From an uncultured Acidobacteriaceae bacterium (GTDB lineage: Bacteria > Acidobacteriota > Terriglobia > Terriglobales > Acidobacteriaceae): a stretch of 64,000 bases of DNA. A program made the position numbers and the translations under genes. The stretch is from the NCBI GenBank assembly GCA_963804735.1, contig CAWDRO010000014.1, positions 110,252 through 174,251 of the forward strand, given 5' to 3'. Shown in pieces: positions 38,282-47,508 of the stretch. The notes beneath the pieces were generated by a model that was not told where the DNA came from, made no database searches, and worked only from the letters and a program-made list of their open reading frames with translations. Each line of letters begins with the position of its first letter. Position 1 is the stretch's first letter.

Positions 38282-38357
38282 GTTGCCGGGCCGCTAGCGG
38301 CGCTTCGTTCGCGCTGTGCTTTCACTGTTCCCTGAGAAGACTTCCTGGAAATCTCCT

Positions 38358-38395
38358 TGTGATCCAGATCACACCTTCAGGTGACTCGCGTCACT
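38358..38395 (+). promoter_or_regulatory. Tandem CRP-type boxes TGTGA-TCCAGA-TCACA (38358) and GGTGA-CTCGCG-TCACT (38380)
   Basis: One perfect and one 8/10 match, again 22 bp apart, upstream of the second USP gene. Confidence 0.85.
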
Positions 38396-38448
38396 GCGAC
38401 TGCGCACGCCGCCGGTGCATGGTTAAGACAGAAAGAGGGAGAACAACC

Positions 38449-39339
38449 ATGGAAAACGGCAGCTTGCAGTTCAAGACCATCACAGTGGCTACTGACCTGA
38501 CTTATACTTCATCGTCTGCGCTGCGTTACGCCCAGGCGCTGGCGTTCTTCCACCACGCGACTTTGTGTGTCATGCATGTCATCGACCCAGTCGGCTTTGC
38601 CTTTCCCGAGGGCGAGCCGTCATTTCATGAGGCCGGACTGGCGGCGAAGGAAGAACTAAGGAGAATCGAGGAGGAGACGCGGCTGATGGGCATTCCGGTC
38701 CATTCTGTCATCGAGACGGGGACCATTTGTGAGCGTATTCTCGAGGCGGTCAAGAACAATAATGCAGATTTGTTGATTGTAGGAACCCAGGGGAAGACGG
38801 AGGCGGGCAGAGTCGCGCTGGGCAGGATCGCGCGCCGGCTACTGGCGAAGTCGCCCTGTCCGATCATGACCGTTTCGCCGGGCGCCGAAACTTCTATGCC
38901 GTTGGTTGGCTGTTGGCGGCGCGTTTTGGCAGCGACTGATTTTTCTCCCGCTTCGATTGCAGCGGTGAAGTATGCCCACCAGGTGGCATTGAGACAACTG
39001 ACAGTCCTTCATGTCTCAGTCTGCCAGAGGGAAGGCAACTGCTCAAGCTGCGAGGGAAGGCTTCGCTTCATAGCTCCATTCAATGAATCGCACACCGTGC
39101 CTGTGGAGCATGTTGTGCTGTCGGGCAACGCCGGCGAGAGGATCGGCTGGTGCGCTCGCCGGTGTGGAGTAGATCTGGTGGTTTTGGGTTCTCCTGCGGA
39201 GGAACTTGCCGAAGAGGACCTTGAAACGAGTACGGTTTTGCAGGTGGTTTCTAATGTTAACTGCCCGGTGCTGTGTATTCCGCGAATGGGCCAGCCTGCC
39301 AATTCCGACAGCCTGATTCGGGAAGTTGCGTTTGCCTGA
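38449..39339 (+). CDS. Universal stress protein (tandem USP domains)
   Basis: ITVATDL, ADLLIVGT.G......LG.IA..LL.KSPCPIMTV; RVLAATDFS; VNCPVL. Confidence 0.92.
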   Translation: MENGSLQFKTITVATDLTYTSSSALRYAQALAFFHHATLCVMHVIDPVGFAFPEGEPSFHEAGLAAKEELRRIEEETRLMGIPVHSVIETGTICERILEAVKNNNADLLIVGTQGKTEAGRVALGRIARRLLAKSPCPIMTVSPGAETSMPLVGCWRRVLAATDFSPASIAAVKYAHQVALRQLTVLHVSVCQREGNCSSCEGRLRFIAPFNESHTVPVEHVVLSGNAGERIGWCARRCGVDLVVLGSPAEELAEEDLETSTVLQVVSNVNCPVLCIPRMGQPANSDSLIREVAFA

Positions 39340-39433
39340 TGCGTGAAGTCGATGCCGATTGGGTCGAACCATGTGGTACATCCCGTGGCTTCAGGTCGAA
39401 GCCGTTTGATGTTGGGTCACCTCAGTCCGACCG

Positions 39434-40825
39434 TCATGGCATCTGGAAGGCCTTCACGGCGATGGCATTGGGGTGTTTGGCGGCGGGGAGCATGGTGAAT
39501 AGGGTTCCGATTCTTCTTGCGCCCTGGGGAGAGTAGCTGGTGGTGCGGATGACGGCGATGTCTCCGGAGCGGGAGTTGGCTACGAGCAGGATGTGACCCT
39601 CGCTGGAGAAGGCGAGGGCGTCGGGGCCGTCTCCGACCTGGATCATGTTGACGCGCTGGCCGTCGTCGATGGAGTAGACGCCGACGGTGTTCGCGCTGAA
39701 GTTGCTGACCCAGAGGGTGGAATTGTCGGCGCTAACGATGCCGCGAGAGGGATGTTCGCCGATAAGCGTGGCGCCGCCGACTTCATTGTTTCCTGTTGCG
39801 ATCTCAGAGATGGTGTTGCTGTCGAAGTTGGAGACGAAGATCTCACCGCCGTCGGGTTTCATAGCGAGGTTGATGGGGGTCTGGCCGACGTCGAGGAAGT
39901 CGAGGAGATGGTCGGTCTTTTCGCTTTCGGTGAGCGGTGTATTCGGGTCGGGTTTGCGGACGAGGGCGAGGACCATGACCTGATGTCCGGCGGAGCAGGC
40001 GATGAAGGCCTTGGAGGAGTCGGGGAGGATGACGGCGTCGGTGGCTCCGGGGCAGTTGGGGAAGACGGCGCGGACTTTCAGTGTGGGGCCATCGATGACG
40101 GTGACGCTGCCGCCGACGCGATTGGTGACGACGAGGGTCTGGTTGTCGGGGGAGATGCGGGCGAGGCCGGGGGCTTCGCCGACTCCGACGGTGGCGATCT
40201 CTTTGCGGCGGTCGAGGTCGAGGACGGAGACGTTGTTGGAGCCGGAGTTGGCGACGTAGCCGCGATGGCCGTCCTGGGAGACGTCGATGAAGTACGGCTT
40301 CTTGTGAACGGGGATGGTGGCGGCGACGGCGTTCTTCTGGGCGTCGATGACGGAGATGGTGCCTGATCCGGAGTTGACGACGTAGACCTCGTTGCGGGTG
40401 AGGGAGATGGCGACTCCGGTGGGGTCGTCGCCGACGGGGAATTCGCGATCGCGGCGGAGATTGACGATGTCGAGGACGGTGACGGTGTTGCTGGCGGAGT
40501 TGGTGACGTAGGCGTATTCGCGGTAGTTGGTGGGGTATTGGGGGAAGTCGTGGGGGCGGCAGGCTGTTAATAGGGCGCAGAGGAGGAGGGCGGCGATTGC
40601 CTCTGCGGCTGCTTTTCTTTTGAGGGTTGGATGGCCCGGCTGACGCCGTAGCCCTTCATCGTGCGCGAGGGGGGCGCAAGGTGTGGGTCCTTCGACTTCG
40701 TGCTTCGCACTTCGCTCAGGATGACAAGAATTTGTTGAGTTTGGAAGAAACTGCTGGTCCTTCGACTCGCGCTTCGCGTCTCGCTCAGGATGACAAACAT
40801 TTGTTTGTTCCGACCGAATTGACAC
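39434..40825 (-). CDS. YVTN/YncE-type beta-propeller lipoprotein; 5' end uncertain
   Basis: YVTN, YVVNSGS and YVANSGS blades; lipobox LLTAC. The first ~55 codons are translated REP sequence. Confidence 0.85.
   Translation of the reverse strand: MSIRSEQTNVCHPERDAKRESKDQQFLPNSTNSCHPERSAKHEVEGPTPCAPLAHDEGLRRQPGHPTLKRKAAAEAIAALLLCALLTACRPHDFPQYPTNYREYAYVTNSASNTVTVLDIVNLRRDREFPVGDDPTGVAISLTRNEVYVVNSGSGTISVIDAQKNAVAATIPVHKKPYFIDVSQDGHRGYVANSGSNNVSVLDLDRRKEIATVGVGEAPGLARISPDNQTLVVTNRVGGSVTVIDGPTLKVRAVFPNCPGATDAVILPDSSKAFIACSAGHQVMVLALVRKPDPNTPLTESEKTDHLLDFLDVGQTPINLAMKPDGGEIFVSNFDSNTISEIATGNNEVGGATLIGEHPSRGIVSADNSTLWVSNFSANTVGVYSIDDGQRVNMIQVGDGPDALAFSSEGHILLVANSRSGDIAVIRTTSYSPQGARRIGTLFTMLPAAKHPNAIAVKAFQMP
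40686..40794 (+). repeat. Two tandem REP family B elements (40686-40725, 40756-40794)
   Basis: GGTCCTTCGACT...CGCTCAGGATGAC, twice. Confidence 0.85.
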
Positions 40826-40828
40826 CGT

Positions 40829-41899
40829 TTAGCGACCGCTCTTGGTTGCGCCTGCGGGCTCGGCGATTTCGATGCCGTGGGGGATGTTTCGGTGGAGGAT
40901 TTTGGCGATCTGGGTGCACTCGTCCATCATTTCTACGAATTGCTCGGGGTAGATGGATTGGGCTCCGTCGGAGAGGGCTTTGTCAGGTTCGTGGTGGACC
41001 TCGACCATGAGACCGTCGGCTCCGACGGCGACTGCGGCGCGGGCGAGGGGGACGACCTTGTTGCGCTTGCCGGTTCCGTGGCTGGGGTCAACGAGTATGG
41101 GCAAATGGCTGAGGCGGTGAACGGCAGGCACGAGGCTGAGGTCGAGGGTGTTGCGAGTGTGGTCAACAAAAGTGCGGATGCCGCGTTCGCAGAGGATGAC
41201 CTGGTAGTTGCCCTCGGACATGATGTATTCGGCGGCCATGAGGAGTTCATCTAGCGTGGCTGACATTCCGCGCTTGAGCAGGACGGGTTGGCGCTTGCGG
41301 CCGACGGCCTTGAGCAGAGTGTAGTTCTGCATGTTGCGCGCGCCGATCTGAATGATGTCGGCGTAGTCGGCGACTAGGTCGAGGTTCTCGGTGTCCATCG
41401 CCTCGGTGACGATGCGGAGACCGAAGCGGTCGCGGATCTCGGCCATGATGATGAGCGCGGTTTCGCCGAGGCCCTGGAACATGTAGGGCGAGGTGCGGGG
41501 CTTGTAGGCTCCTCCGCGAAAGAATTGCGCGCCGGCGGCGGCGACTTGTTCGGCGACGGCGAATGCCTGTTCATGGGTCTCGATCGAGCAAGGGCCGGCG
41601 ACGATGGCTAGGTCGCGTCCGCCGATGGTGGCGTTGGTGCCGGGGAAGGTGATGACGGTGTCTTCTTCCTTCACGTCGCGGCTGACGAGTTTGTAGGGCT
41701 TGGTGACGCGGATGACCTCGGCGACTCCGGAGAGCTCTTCGATGTTGCCCTGGTCGATTTGGCCCTGGTTGCCGGTGATGCCGATGGCGGTGCGCTGGGC
41801 TCCGGGCATGGGATGGGGGCGGAAGCCGAGTTTTTCGATCTGTTCGCAAACGGTGGCGATTTGCTCAGGCGTGGCCTGGGCCTTCATGACGACGAGCAT
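40829..41899 (-). CDS. aroF: 3-deoxy-7-phosphoheptulonate (DAHP) synthase, type I-beta with N-terminal regulatory domain
   Basis: [39 protein letters not shown] and DPSHGTG motifs. Confidence 0.95.
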   Translation of the reverse strand: MLVVMKAQATPEQIATVCEQIEKLGFRPHPMPGAQRTAIGITGNQGQIDQGNIEELSGVAEVIRVTKPYKLVSRDVKEEDTVITFPGTNATIGGRDLAIVAGPCSIETHEQAFAVAEQVAAAGAQFFRGGAYKPRTSPYMFQGLGETALIIMAEIRDRFGLRIVTEAMDTENLDLVADYADIIQIGARNMQNYTLLKAVGRKRQPVLLKRGMSATLDELLMAAEYIMSEGNYQVILCERGIRTFVDHTRNTLDLSLVPAVHRLSHLPILVDPSHGTGKRNKVVPLARAAVAVGADGLMVEVHHEPDKALSDGAQSIYPEQFVEMMDECTQIAKILHRNIPHGIEIAEPAGATKSGR

Positions 41900-41982
41900 G
41901 GTGGAACCCTCTTGCGGTGCAGGTTTTAGTGTACCGGGGAGGTTGCGGGAGGGGCAATGTGGGAGGGACGAAGGAGAACCCA

Positions 41983-42064
41983 GGGCTAAAGCCCTTTTCT
42001 TAAGCTGGCGTCATTTCGGCAGCCTAAAGGTCGCCGCTTCCACCGGATCGCCTTCGGCGATTTT
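41983..42064 (+). repeat. Triple-hairpin REP-like element L3
   Basis: GGGCTAAAGCCC...GCAGCCTAAAGGTCGCCGCTTCCACCGGATCGCCTTCGGCGATTTT; copy of L1/L2. Confidence 0.85.
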
Positions 42065-42124
42065 GCGCGACCGGATGTTTTTGGCGAATTTGTGCGATTG
42101 ACTGACGATTCGATACGAACCGGG

Positions 42125-44695
42125 TTATTCGGTTCGCAGGGCCTTTACTGGGTTGATGGAGGCGGCGCGTTGGGCGGGGATGATGCTGGCGATGAGGGCG
42201 CAGATGCCGAGCGCGATGACGGAGCCGCCGAGGACCAGAGGATCCCAGCCTTTGACCTGGTAGAGCTGGGCCGCGATTAGACGGGAGCAGCCGATGGAGG
42301 CGGGGATGCCGATGAGCAGGCCGATGAGAATCTGGGCGAAGGCTCCGCGGAGGACGAGGCGTACTACATTAGCGCGGTCCGCGCCGAGGGCCATGCGGAC
42401 TCCGATTTCGCTGGTGCGGCGTTCGACGGTGTAGGCGGTAACGCCGTAGAGGCCGACGGCGGCGAGGATGAGGGCGAGGATGCCGAAGAGCCCGGTCATC
42501 TGGGCGACGGCGCGCTGCTGGTCGAATCTTGAATCGACCTGCTCCTGGAGGGTCTGAATGCCGAGGAGGGTGAGATTGGGATCGACGTCGCTGAGGACGT
42601 GGCGGATCTCGGGTTCGAGGCCCTCCATGCTGCCGCGCAACTCGAGGACCGCGCCTTCGATGAAGTGGGTTTGGTCGTCAATCGACTGCATGATGGGCGC
42701 GTCATAGTGGGCGTGCTGGGCGAGCGGCACGAAGAAGATGGGGCGCGGAGGGTCGGTGCTGGTGGGATCGGAATACTTCGCGTTGCGGACGACTCCCACA
42801 ATCTCGTAGGTGCTGCCGTATTGGGGGAGATCGAGGCCGAAGTGCGCGCCGATCGGATCTTCGCCGGGCTTGAAGAAGTTATGCACGAAGGTTTCGTCGA
42901 CGACGGCGACGTTCTGGGTGGAGGCAGTGTCCTGTTCGGTGATGGAGCGGCCGCGGACGATTTGCTGGCCGAGTGTTTCTAAGTATCCGACGCCTACGTG
43001 ATCCCAGGATGAGCCGATGTGGTCATCGTTCATGCTGGGCATGGGGTGGCCCTGTCGGATGGGGATCTCGCCCCAGTTGTCCTGGAGGGGTGTGTACTGC
43101 GCCAGGGCGGCATGCTCGACTCCGGGGATGTGGGCGAGGCGGTCTTGCAATTCGCGATACATGGCGTCGAGCCTGGGCGCCGGGTAAGAAGAAAAAGGCG
43201 CGGTGAGGCTGATGGTGACGCGATGATCGGTCTCATACCCGAAATTCTGGTGCTGCATTTTTTCGAGGCTTCGGGTGAGCAGACCAGCGCCGGTGAGCAG
43301 AACGACCGATAGCGTCGCCTGGACGATGACGAGGACCTTCTGCGAGAGCGAGGAGCGGTCGCGTGTGCTGCGGTTGGCGCCGCGCAGGGCCTCAGCGGGG
43401 TCGGCGTGCGAGGTTAGCCACGCGGGCGCGACGCCAAAGAGCGCGCCGGTGATCAGCGATAACGCGAAGGCAAAGGCCAGCACGGGCAAAGATGGAGTTG
43501 CGTCGATGGGGATGTAGTGCGCGTTGTGGAAGGCGACGGCGACGATTGCTTTCACTCCGAGGAACGCCACGAGCAGGCCGGCGATACCGCCGAGGATCGA
43601 TAGGACGATGCTCTCGGTCAAGGCCTGGCGGATGAGGCGCTCCCTGGATGCTCCGAGCGCAAGACGGACCGAGGTTTGGGCGCGACGCGAGGTTCCGCGA
43701 GCGAGGAGCAGATTGGCGATGTTGGCGCAGGCGATGAGCAGGACCAGGCAGCAGACCGCAAGCAGGATGTGCAGGCTGGCGGCGTAGTCGGCTTTCATGG
43801 CTCCGACGCCTGCGCCTGCGGGCACGATGTTGATGTTCTGTTTGGATAGGCCCGCCTTGATGCCGGCCATCCAGTCGGGGGGAATGCCGCTGTCATTCAC
43901 GAGCCATTGGCGAAGCTCGGCGGTGAGGCGGGCCGACATGGCGCCGGTCACGAAATTGGCCGGGACTCCGGGGCGCAGGCGGCCGATCACCCGCAGCCAC
44001 GCCTGGAAATGCGGCAAGAGAGAGTTGTTTCCACGGAAGAGCGGCTCCTGCTGGATGGGAACCCATACTTCGGGAGGATCGCTGCGCAGGGTTTCGCCGA
44101 AGAATCCGGGCGGGGTTATGCCAATGATGGTGAAGGGGTGGTCATCGAGAATGAAGTTCGAGCCGATAATTTTGGGGTCTGAGCCATACTGCTGCTGCCA
44201 AGTGCGATAGCTGAGCATGGCGACGGGTGAGGCCGACCGCTGATCGTCGGAGGGCTGGATCGTGCGTCCCGCAAAGGCTCCAAGGCCAAAGACGGAAAAA
44301 TAGTTGCCGCTGACAAACTCGCCGCGCAAAGGCCTCGCTACGCGGTCAGCCTCTCCACGTCGAGCGCTGAACTCCGATCCTCCAGCTTGAAATGCCGCCA
44401 GCTTCGCGAACTCGGGCGTGGAGGCCTGCAAGCGCTGATAGAAGGGATAGGAAAACATTCCCCAATTTCCCTGCGGGCTACCCTCGACGCAGCAGTCCTG
44501 TCCGTCGCCAATGCGGTAGAGGCTGGATGGATCGACCACCGGCAGCGATTTGAGCATGACGGTGTGGATGAGGGAGAAGATGGCAGTCGTCGCTCCGATG
44601 CCGAGCGCCAGGGTCAGCATGGCAGTGAGCGTGAAGACCGGAGACTGGCGCATCTGGCGCAGAGCGTAGGCGATATCCTGCCGCAGAGTTTCCAT
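42125..44695 (-). CDS. ADOP / MacB-like ABC permease
   Basis: METLRQDIAYALRQ..TLALGIGATTAIFS; LIACANIANLLLAR; YTVERRTSEIGVRMALGA. Confidence 0.92.
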   Translation of the reverse strand: METLRQDIAYALRQMRQSPVFTLTAMLTLALGIGATTAIFSLIHTVMLKSLPVVDPSSLYRIGDGQDCCVEGSPQGNWGMFSYPFYQRLQASTPEFAKLAAFQAGGSEFSARRGEADRVARPLRGEFVSGNYFSVFGLGAFAGRTIQPSDDQRSASPVAMLSYRTWQQQYGSDPKIIGSNFILDDHPFTIIGITPPGFFGETLRSDPPEVWVPIQQEPLFRGNNSLLPHFQAWLRVIGRLRPGVPANFVTGAMSARLTAELRQWLVNDSGIPPDWMAGIKAGLSKQNINIVPAGAGVGAMKADYAASLHILLAVCCLVLLIACANIANLLLARGTSRRAQTSVRLALGASRERLIRQALTESIVLSILGGIAGLLVAFLGVKAIVAVAFHNAHYIPIDATPSLPVLAFAFALSLITGALFGVAPAWLTSHADPAEALRGANRSTRDRSSLSQKVLVIVQATLSVVLLTGAGLLTRSLEKMQHQNFGYETDHRVTISLTAPFSSYPAPRLDAMYRELQDRLAHIPGVEHAALAQYTPLQDNWGEIPIRQGHPMPSMNDDHIGSSWDHVGVGYLETLGQQIVRGRSITEQDTASTQNVAVVDETFVHNFFKPGEDPIGAHFGLDLPQYGSTYEIVGVVRNAKYSDPTSTDPPRPIFFVPLAQHAHYDAPIMQSIDDQTHFIEGAVLELRGSMEGLEPEIRHVLSDVDPNLTLLGIQTLQEQVDSRFDQQRAVAQMTGLFGILALILAAVGLYGVTAYTVERRTSEIGVRMALGADRANVVRLVLRGAFAQILIGLLIGIPASIGCSRLIAAQLYQVKGWDPLVLGGSVIALGICALIASIIPAQRAASINPVKALRTE

Positions 44696-45173
44696 GTATT
44701 CCTCTTGGATGCAGTACGCAGAATAGGGGCGGCCAAGTTCCAGAAGAGGCACGCCGACTTTCACGCTCGCCGTCAACGAAGTCGTACGCGACGTCAGGTG
44801 ACGTGTCGCAAGGATGATGGAGGGCAACGCGATCCTGTGCGGTTGTGCCTATTTTTGTCAACCTGCTCAAAGGCGACTCGGGCGCGGTCGGCAAAGGGAT
44901 TTGGTTTATGGCAGGTGGCTCAGGAAGCTAATAGAGCCGCGGAGACTTCAAGATACTTCGAGAGAACCAAGTAGAAATCAAAGAAAAAAAGCTGCCGCGC
45001 GGTCGATCGAACATTTGCTACTCGGAACTTGCGACCGGCGGCAGAAAGGTTGAAACTCCGGTGAATTGAAGATAAGAGAGTCCCGGCTAGAGTGGAATCC
45101 CACGGAAGTTGTAGTTTTGCGCTTTTTCGTGATTTTTTTTCGACCCGTTGGGCGCGATGAGTCGCCTTAATCG

Positions 45174-46157
45174 TTAAAGTGATGCGAGGAAATCGTACAA
45201 AGTCGAGCGGTAGTGCGGGTCCTGCAATGGATTTGGTCCAAGAAAGAGGAGGAATTTAGGTCCAGAGGGGTTTGGGTTCTCCTGGCGGACGATCTCGGGC
45301 GAGAGCGAACGCTTACCGCTGACCACAAGATCCTGCGCCGGTTGACTGAGCTCGATGCCGAGGCTTTGCAGCTTTGGGCCGATCTCAAAGCGATCACGGA
45401 AGAGCCAGCGGATGGGCAGGATCGAGGTACGCGAGTCAGCGGCGATGAGGCTGAGCGCGGGCGGGGCGGGGTTTTCGAGGATGAGGGCCGGCGATTCGTG
45501 ATGGCGTAGGGCGGTTTCGGCGGCGACGGTTGCGCCGAGTCCCGTGCCGTAGAGGACGATCGATCGCGGATCGAGGTGGCGGATGTCGATGAGGTAGTTC
45601 CAGGCGGCGTCGGCGTCTTCATAAGTGCGGGATTCGGAGGGGTGGGTGTTCATGCTTTGGCCGAAGCCGCGATAGTCGAAGGCGAAGATGTTGATGCCGA
45701 GCGAGTGGAGGGTCCTGAGCTGGGTGGTGACGTCGGAGAGCGAGCCTCGGCCGTCGTGGAGAAAGAGCAGGGTGCGGGCGGCGCTCGTGGTGGTGTCAGC
45801 GGGAATCCACCAGCCTGCTAGTTGGGCGGCCCCGGTACCGGTGTAGTCGAAGCTGATGGCGTCGTACTTGAGGCCGACGTTGGCGGGGGTGGTGGTGATG
45901 GTCCGCGAGGGATGAAAGACGACCTGCCATTGGCCCTGGTAGAAGAGCAGGCAGAGGGTGAGGTAGGCGCAGACGGCGGCGAAAGCGAGGACGCCGAGGA
46001 TGGCTGACGCGAGCCATCGTCCGCTGACGAGCGGTTGCTGCTGGGCGAGCGGGTCTTTCCAGCCTGGAGGCGGGTTGCGGGCCGCCTTTCTTTCTGCGGC
46101 GGTACTGGCCTTTGGTGGAGATTTCGATCCGGCCTTGTGTTGTGTCTTAGCGGGCAT
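45174..46157 (-). CDS. Alpha/beta hydrolase, membrane-anchored (nucleophile motif degenerate: GTGLG)
   Basis: TM helix; LFLH, FDYRGFGQS, DA.AAW.YL, LYGTGLGA.VA. Confidence 0.85.
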   Translation of the reverse strand: MPAKTQHKAGSKSPPKASTAAERKAARNPPPGWKDPLAQQQPLVSGRWLASAILGVLAFAAVCAYLTLCLLFYQGQWQVVFHPSRTITTTPANVGLKYDAISFDYTGTGAAQLAGWWIPADTTTSAARTLLFLHDGRGSLSDVTTQLRTLHSLGINIFAFDYRGFGQSMNTHPSESRTYEDADAAWNYLIDIRHLDPRSIVLYGTGLGATVAAETALRHHESPALILENPAPPALSLIAADSRTSILPIRWLFRDRFEIGPKLQSLGIELSQPAQDLVVSGKRSLSPEIVRQENPNPSGPKFLLFLGPNPLQDPHYRSTLYDFLASL

Positions 46158-46161
46158 GACG

Positions 46162-46341
46162 CTAACCGAAGGCCAATTCGTCGGAGGATTCGAGGGGCGT
46201 TCCGCAGACGCGGCAGATGACTGCGGAGCAGTCTCCGCAGACGAGGGGATCGAGGACGACGCGGGCGCAGGTGGCGCACCAGAGTTGGGTGGGGTCTGGT
46301 TGGGGTTGGGCGGCGGGGGATGGGTTGGTTTCGGGGTGCAT
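46162..46341 (-). CDS. Small Cys-rich protein (three CxxC pairs)
   Basis: CATC...CGDC...CRVC in 59 aa. Confidence 0.65.
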   Translation of the reverse strand: MHPETNPSPAAQPQPDPTQLWCATCARVVLDPLVCGDCSAVICRVCGTPLESSDELAFG

Positions 46342-46424
46342 CTTAGAAAAGCGTAGCACTCTGCCAGTGCCGATGGGGTGCCCTTGGTCCGAGGCCGTCA
46401 CTTACCGACTGCCAAAGGCTAACT

Positions 46425-46463
46425 GCAGACCCCTCCGCAGCGCTGCGCTCCGGTCGGGATGAC
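46425..46463 (+). repeat. REP family B variant (GCAGACCCCTCC...GTCGGGATGAC)
   Basis: Same GGATGAC end and internal GCAGCGCTGC palindrome. Confidence 0.65.
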
Positions 46464-46489
46464 AACTCAAGTGCGATGCAGGCGAGGCC

Positions 46490-47407
46490 CTACGCCAAAC
46501 TCTCCACCTGAATGATTGCGGTCATGGTGTGCTGCTCTCCGGGTTGGAGGGTGATGGCGTTGGCGCGGATGTTGGCGGCCTCGACGCAGAGGAAGTGGGG
46601 CCATTCATCGCCGAGGTCGGCCATTCCTGCGGCGAGCTCTTCCCAGGGGTTCCAGACTACGGTGTTGTGGGAGTTCTGCTTGCCGATGTGGATGCGGCGG
46701 TTGAGCGACGGGTCGGTGAGGACCAGTTCGGCCTCCGTGTTGAGGTAGGCGTTGTCGATGCGCCGGGTGCAGAGGTTGTCGCCGTGCTGGAGCTTTTCGA
46801 TGTTGCCCTGGGTGTTGTCCTGGTAGGTCACGCCGTCGAGGCTGGCGAGGCGAACTTCGCGGACGTTGCCGACGCGGTAGTAGGTGTGCAGCGCTTCCTG
46901 AAAGGTGAACGGTGCGGCGCCGGTGTTGGTGACGATGAGCTCCATCTGGAGATGGGAGCTGATGGTGATGCGCTGCATGGCGCGGAATTCGTGGGGCCAC
47001 CATTTGCGGGTTGCTTCATCGCTCGCGCTCGATAGAGTGACGGCGATGGCATTGCCTTCGTGGATGATGGATTCGAGTTCCCAGGTCGTGGTCCGGACGA
47101 GGCCGTGGGAGGGCGCTTTGGGGTCGTCGGTTTTGGCGTTGAACCAGGGGAAGCAGACCGGAACGCCGCCGCGGATGGCTTTGCCGTCCTGATACTGGGC
47201 CTTGCTGCTGAGGAAGATGACTTCTTCGCCGCTGGCGGGGATCCAGGAAGTGAGGTGCGCGCCGTGGAGATAGATTTCGGCGGAGGCAGCGACGCTGGTG
47301 ATCCTGATTTTGGGCTGGCCGTCGTTGCCGGGGACGATCTGCGCGATGCCGGGGATGGCGAAGCTGTCGTTCCAGGACTGAAGGTCGAGCGCGGGAGCGG
47401 TTGCCAT
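46490..47407 (-). CDS. D-hexose-6-phosphate mutarotase (aldose 1-epimerase family, YeaD-like)
   Basis: GAHLTSW, AIRGGVP.CFPWF, HGLVR, ALHTYY, VVWNPW and FLCVEA motifs. Confidence 0.92.
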   Translation of the reverse strand: MATAPALDLQSWNDSFAIPGIAQIVPGNDGQPKIRITSVAASAEIYLHGAHLTSWIPASGEEVIFLSSKAQYQDGKAIRGGVPVCFPWFNAKTDDPKAPSHGLVRTTTWELESIIHEGNAIAVTLSSASDEATRKWWPHEFRAMQRITISSHLQMELIVTNTGAAPFTFQEALHTYYRVGNVREVRLASLDGVTYQDNTQGNIEKLQHGDNLCTRRIDNAYLNTEAELVLTDPSLNRRIHIGKQNSHNTVVWNPWEELAAGMADLGDEWPHFLCVEAANIRANAITLQPGEQHTMTAIIQVESLA

Positions 47408-47508
47408 AGTGGTTTCTCCTCTCAAACAACGAAGGATGATTATCTCGCAATTCAGACGAAGGGAGGGTTACAAGAGCTGAAGCGAAGGACTTCTTCAGTT
47501 GCTATTAC

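Noticed and set aside
34047-39641. DGR (template repeat / variable repeat) reading of the YVTN 3'-end copies
   Set aside because: Mismatches are not concentrated at adenines of either copy, many are synonymous C/T or C/G changes, and no reverse transcriptase is present in the window.
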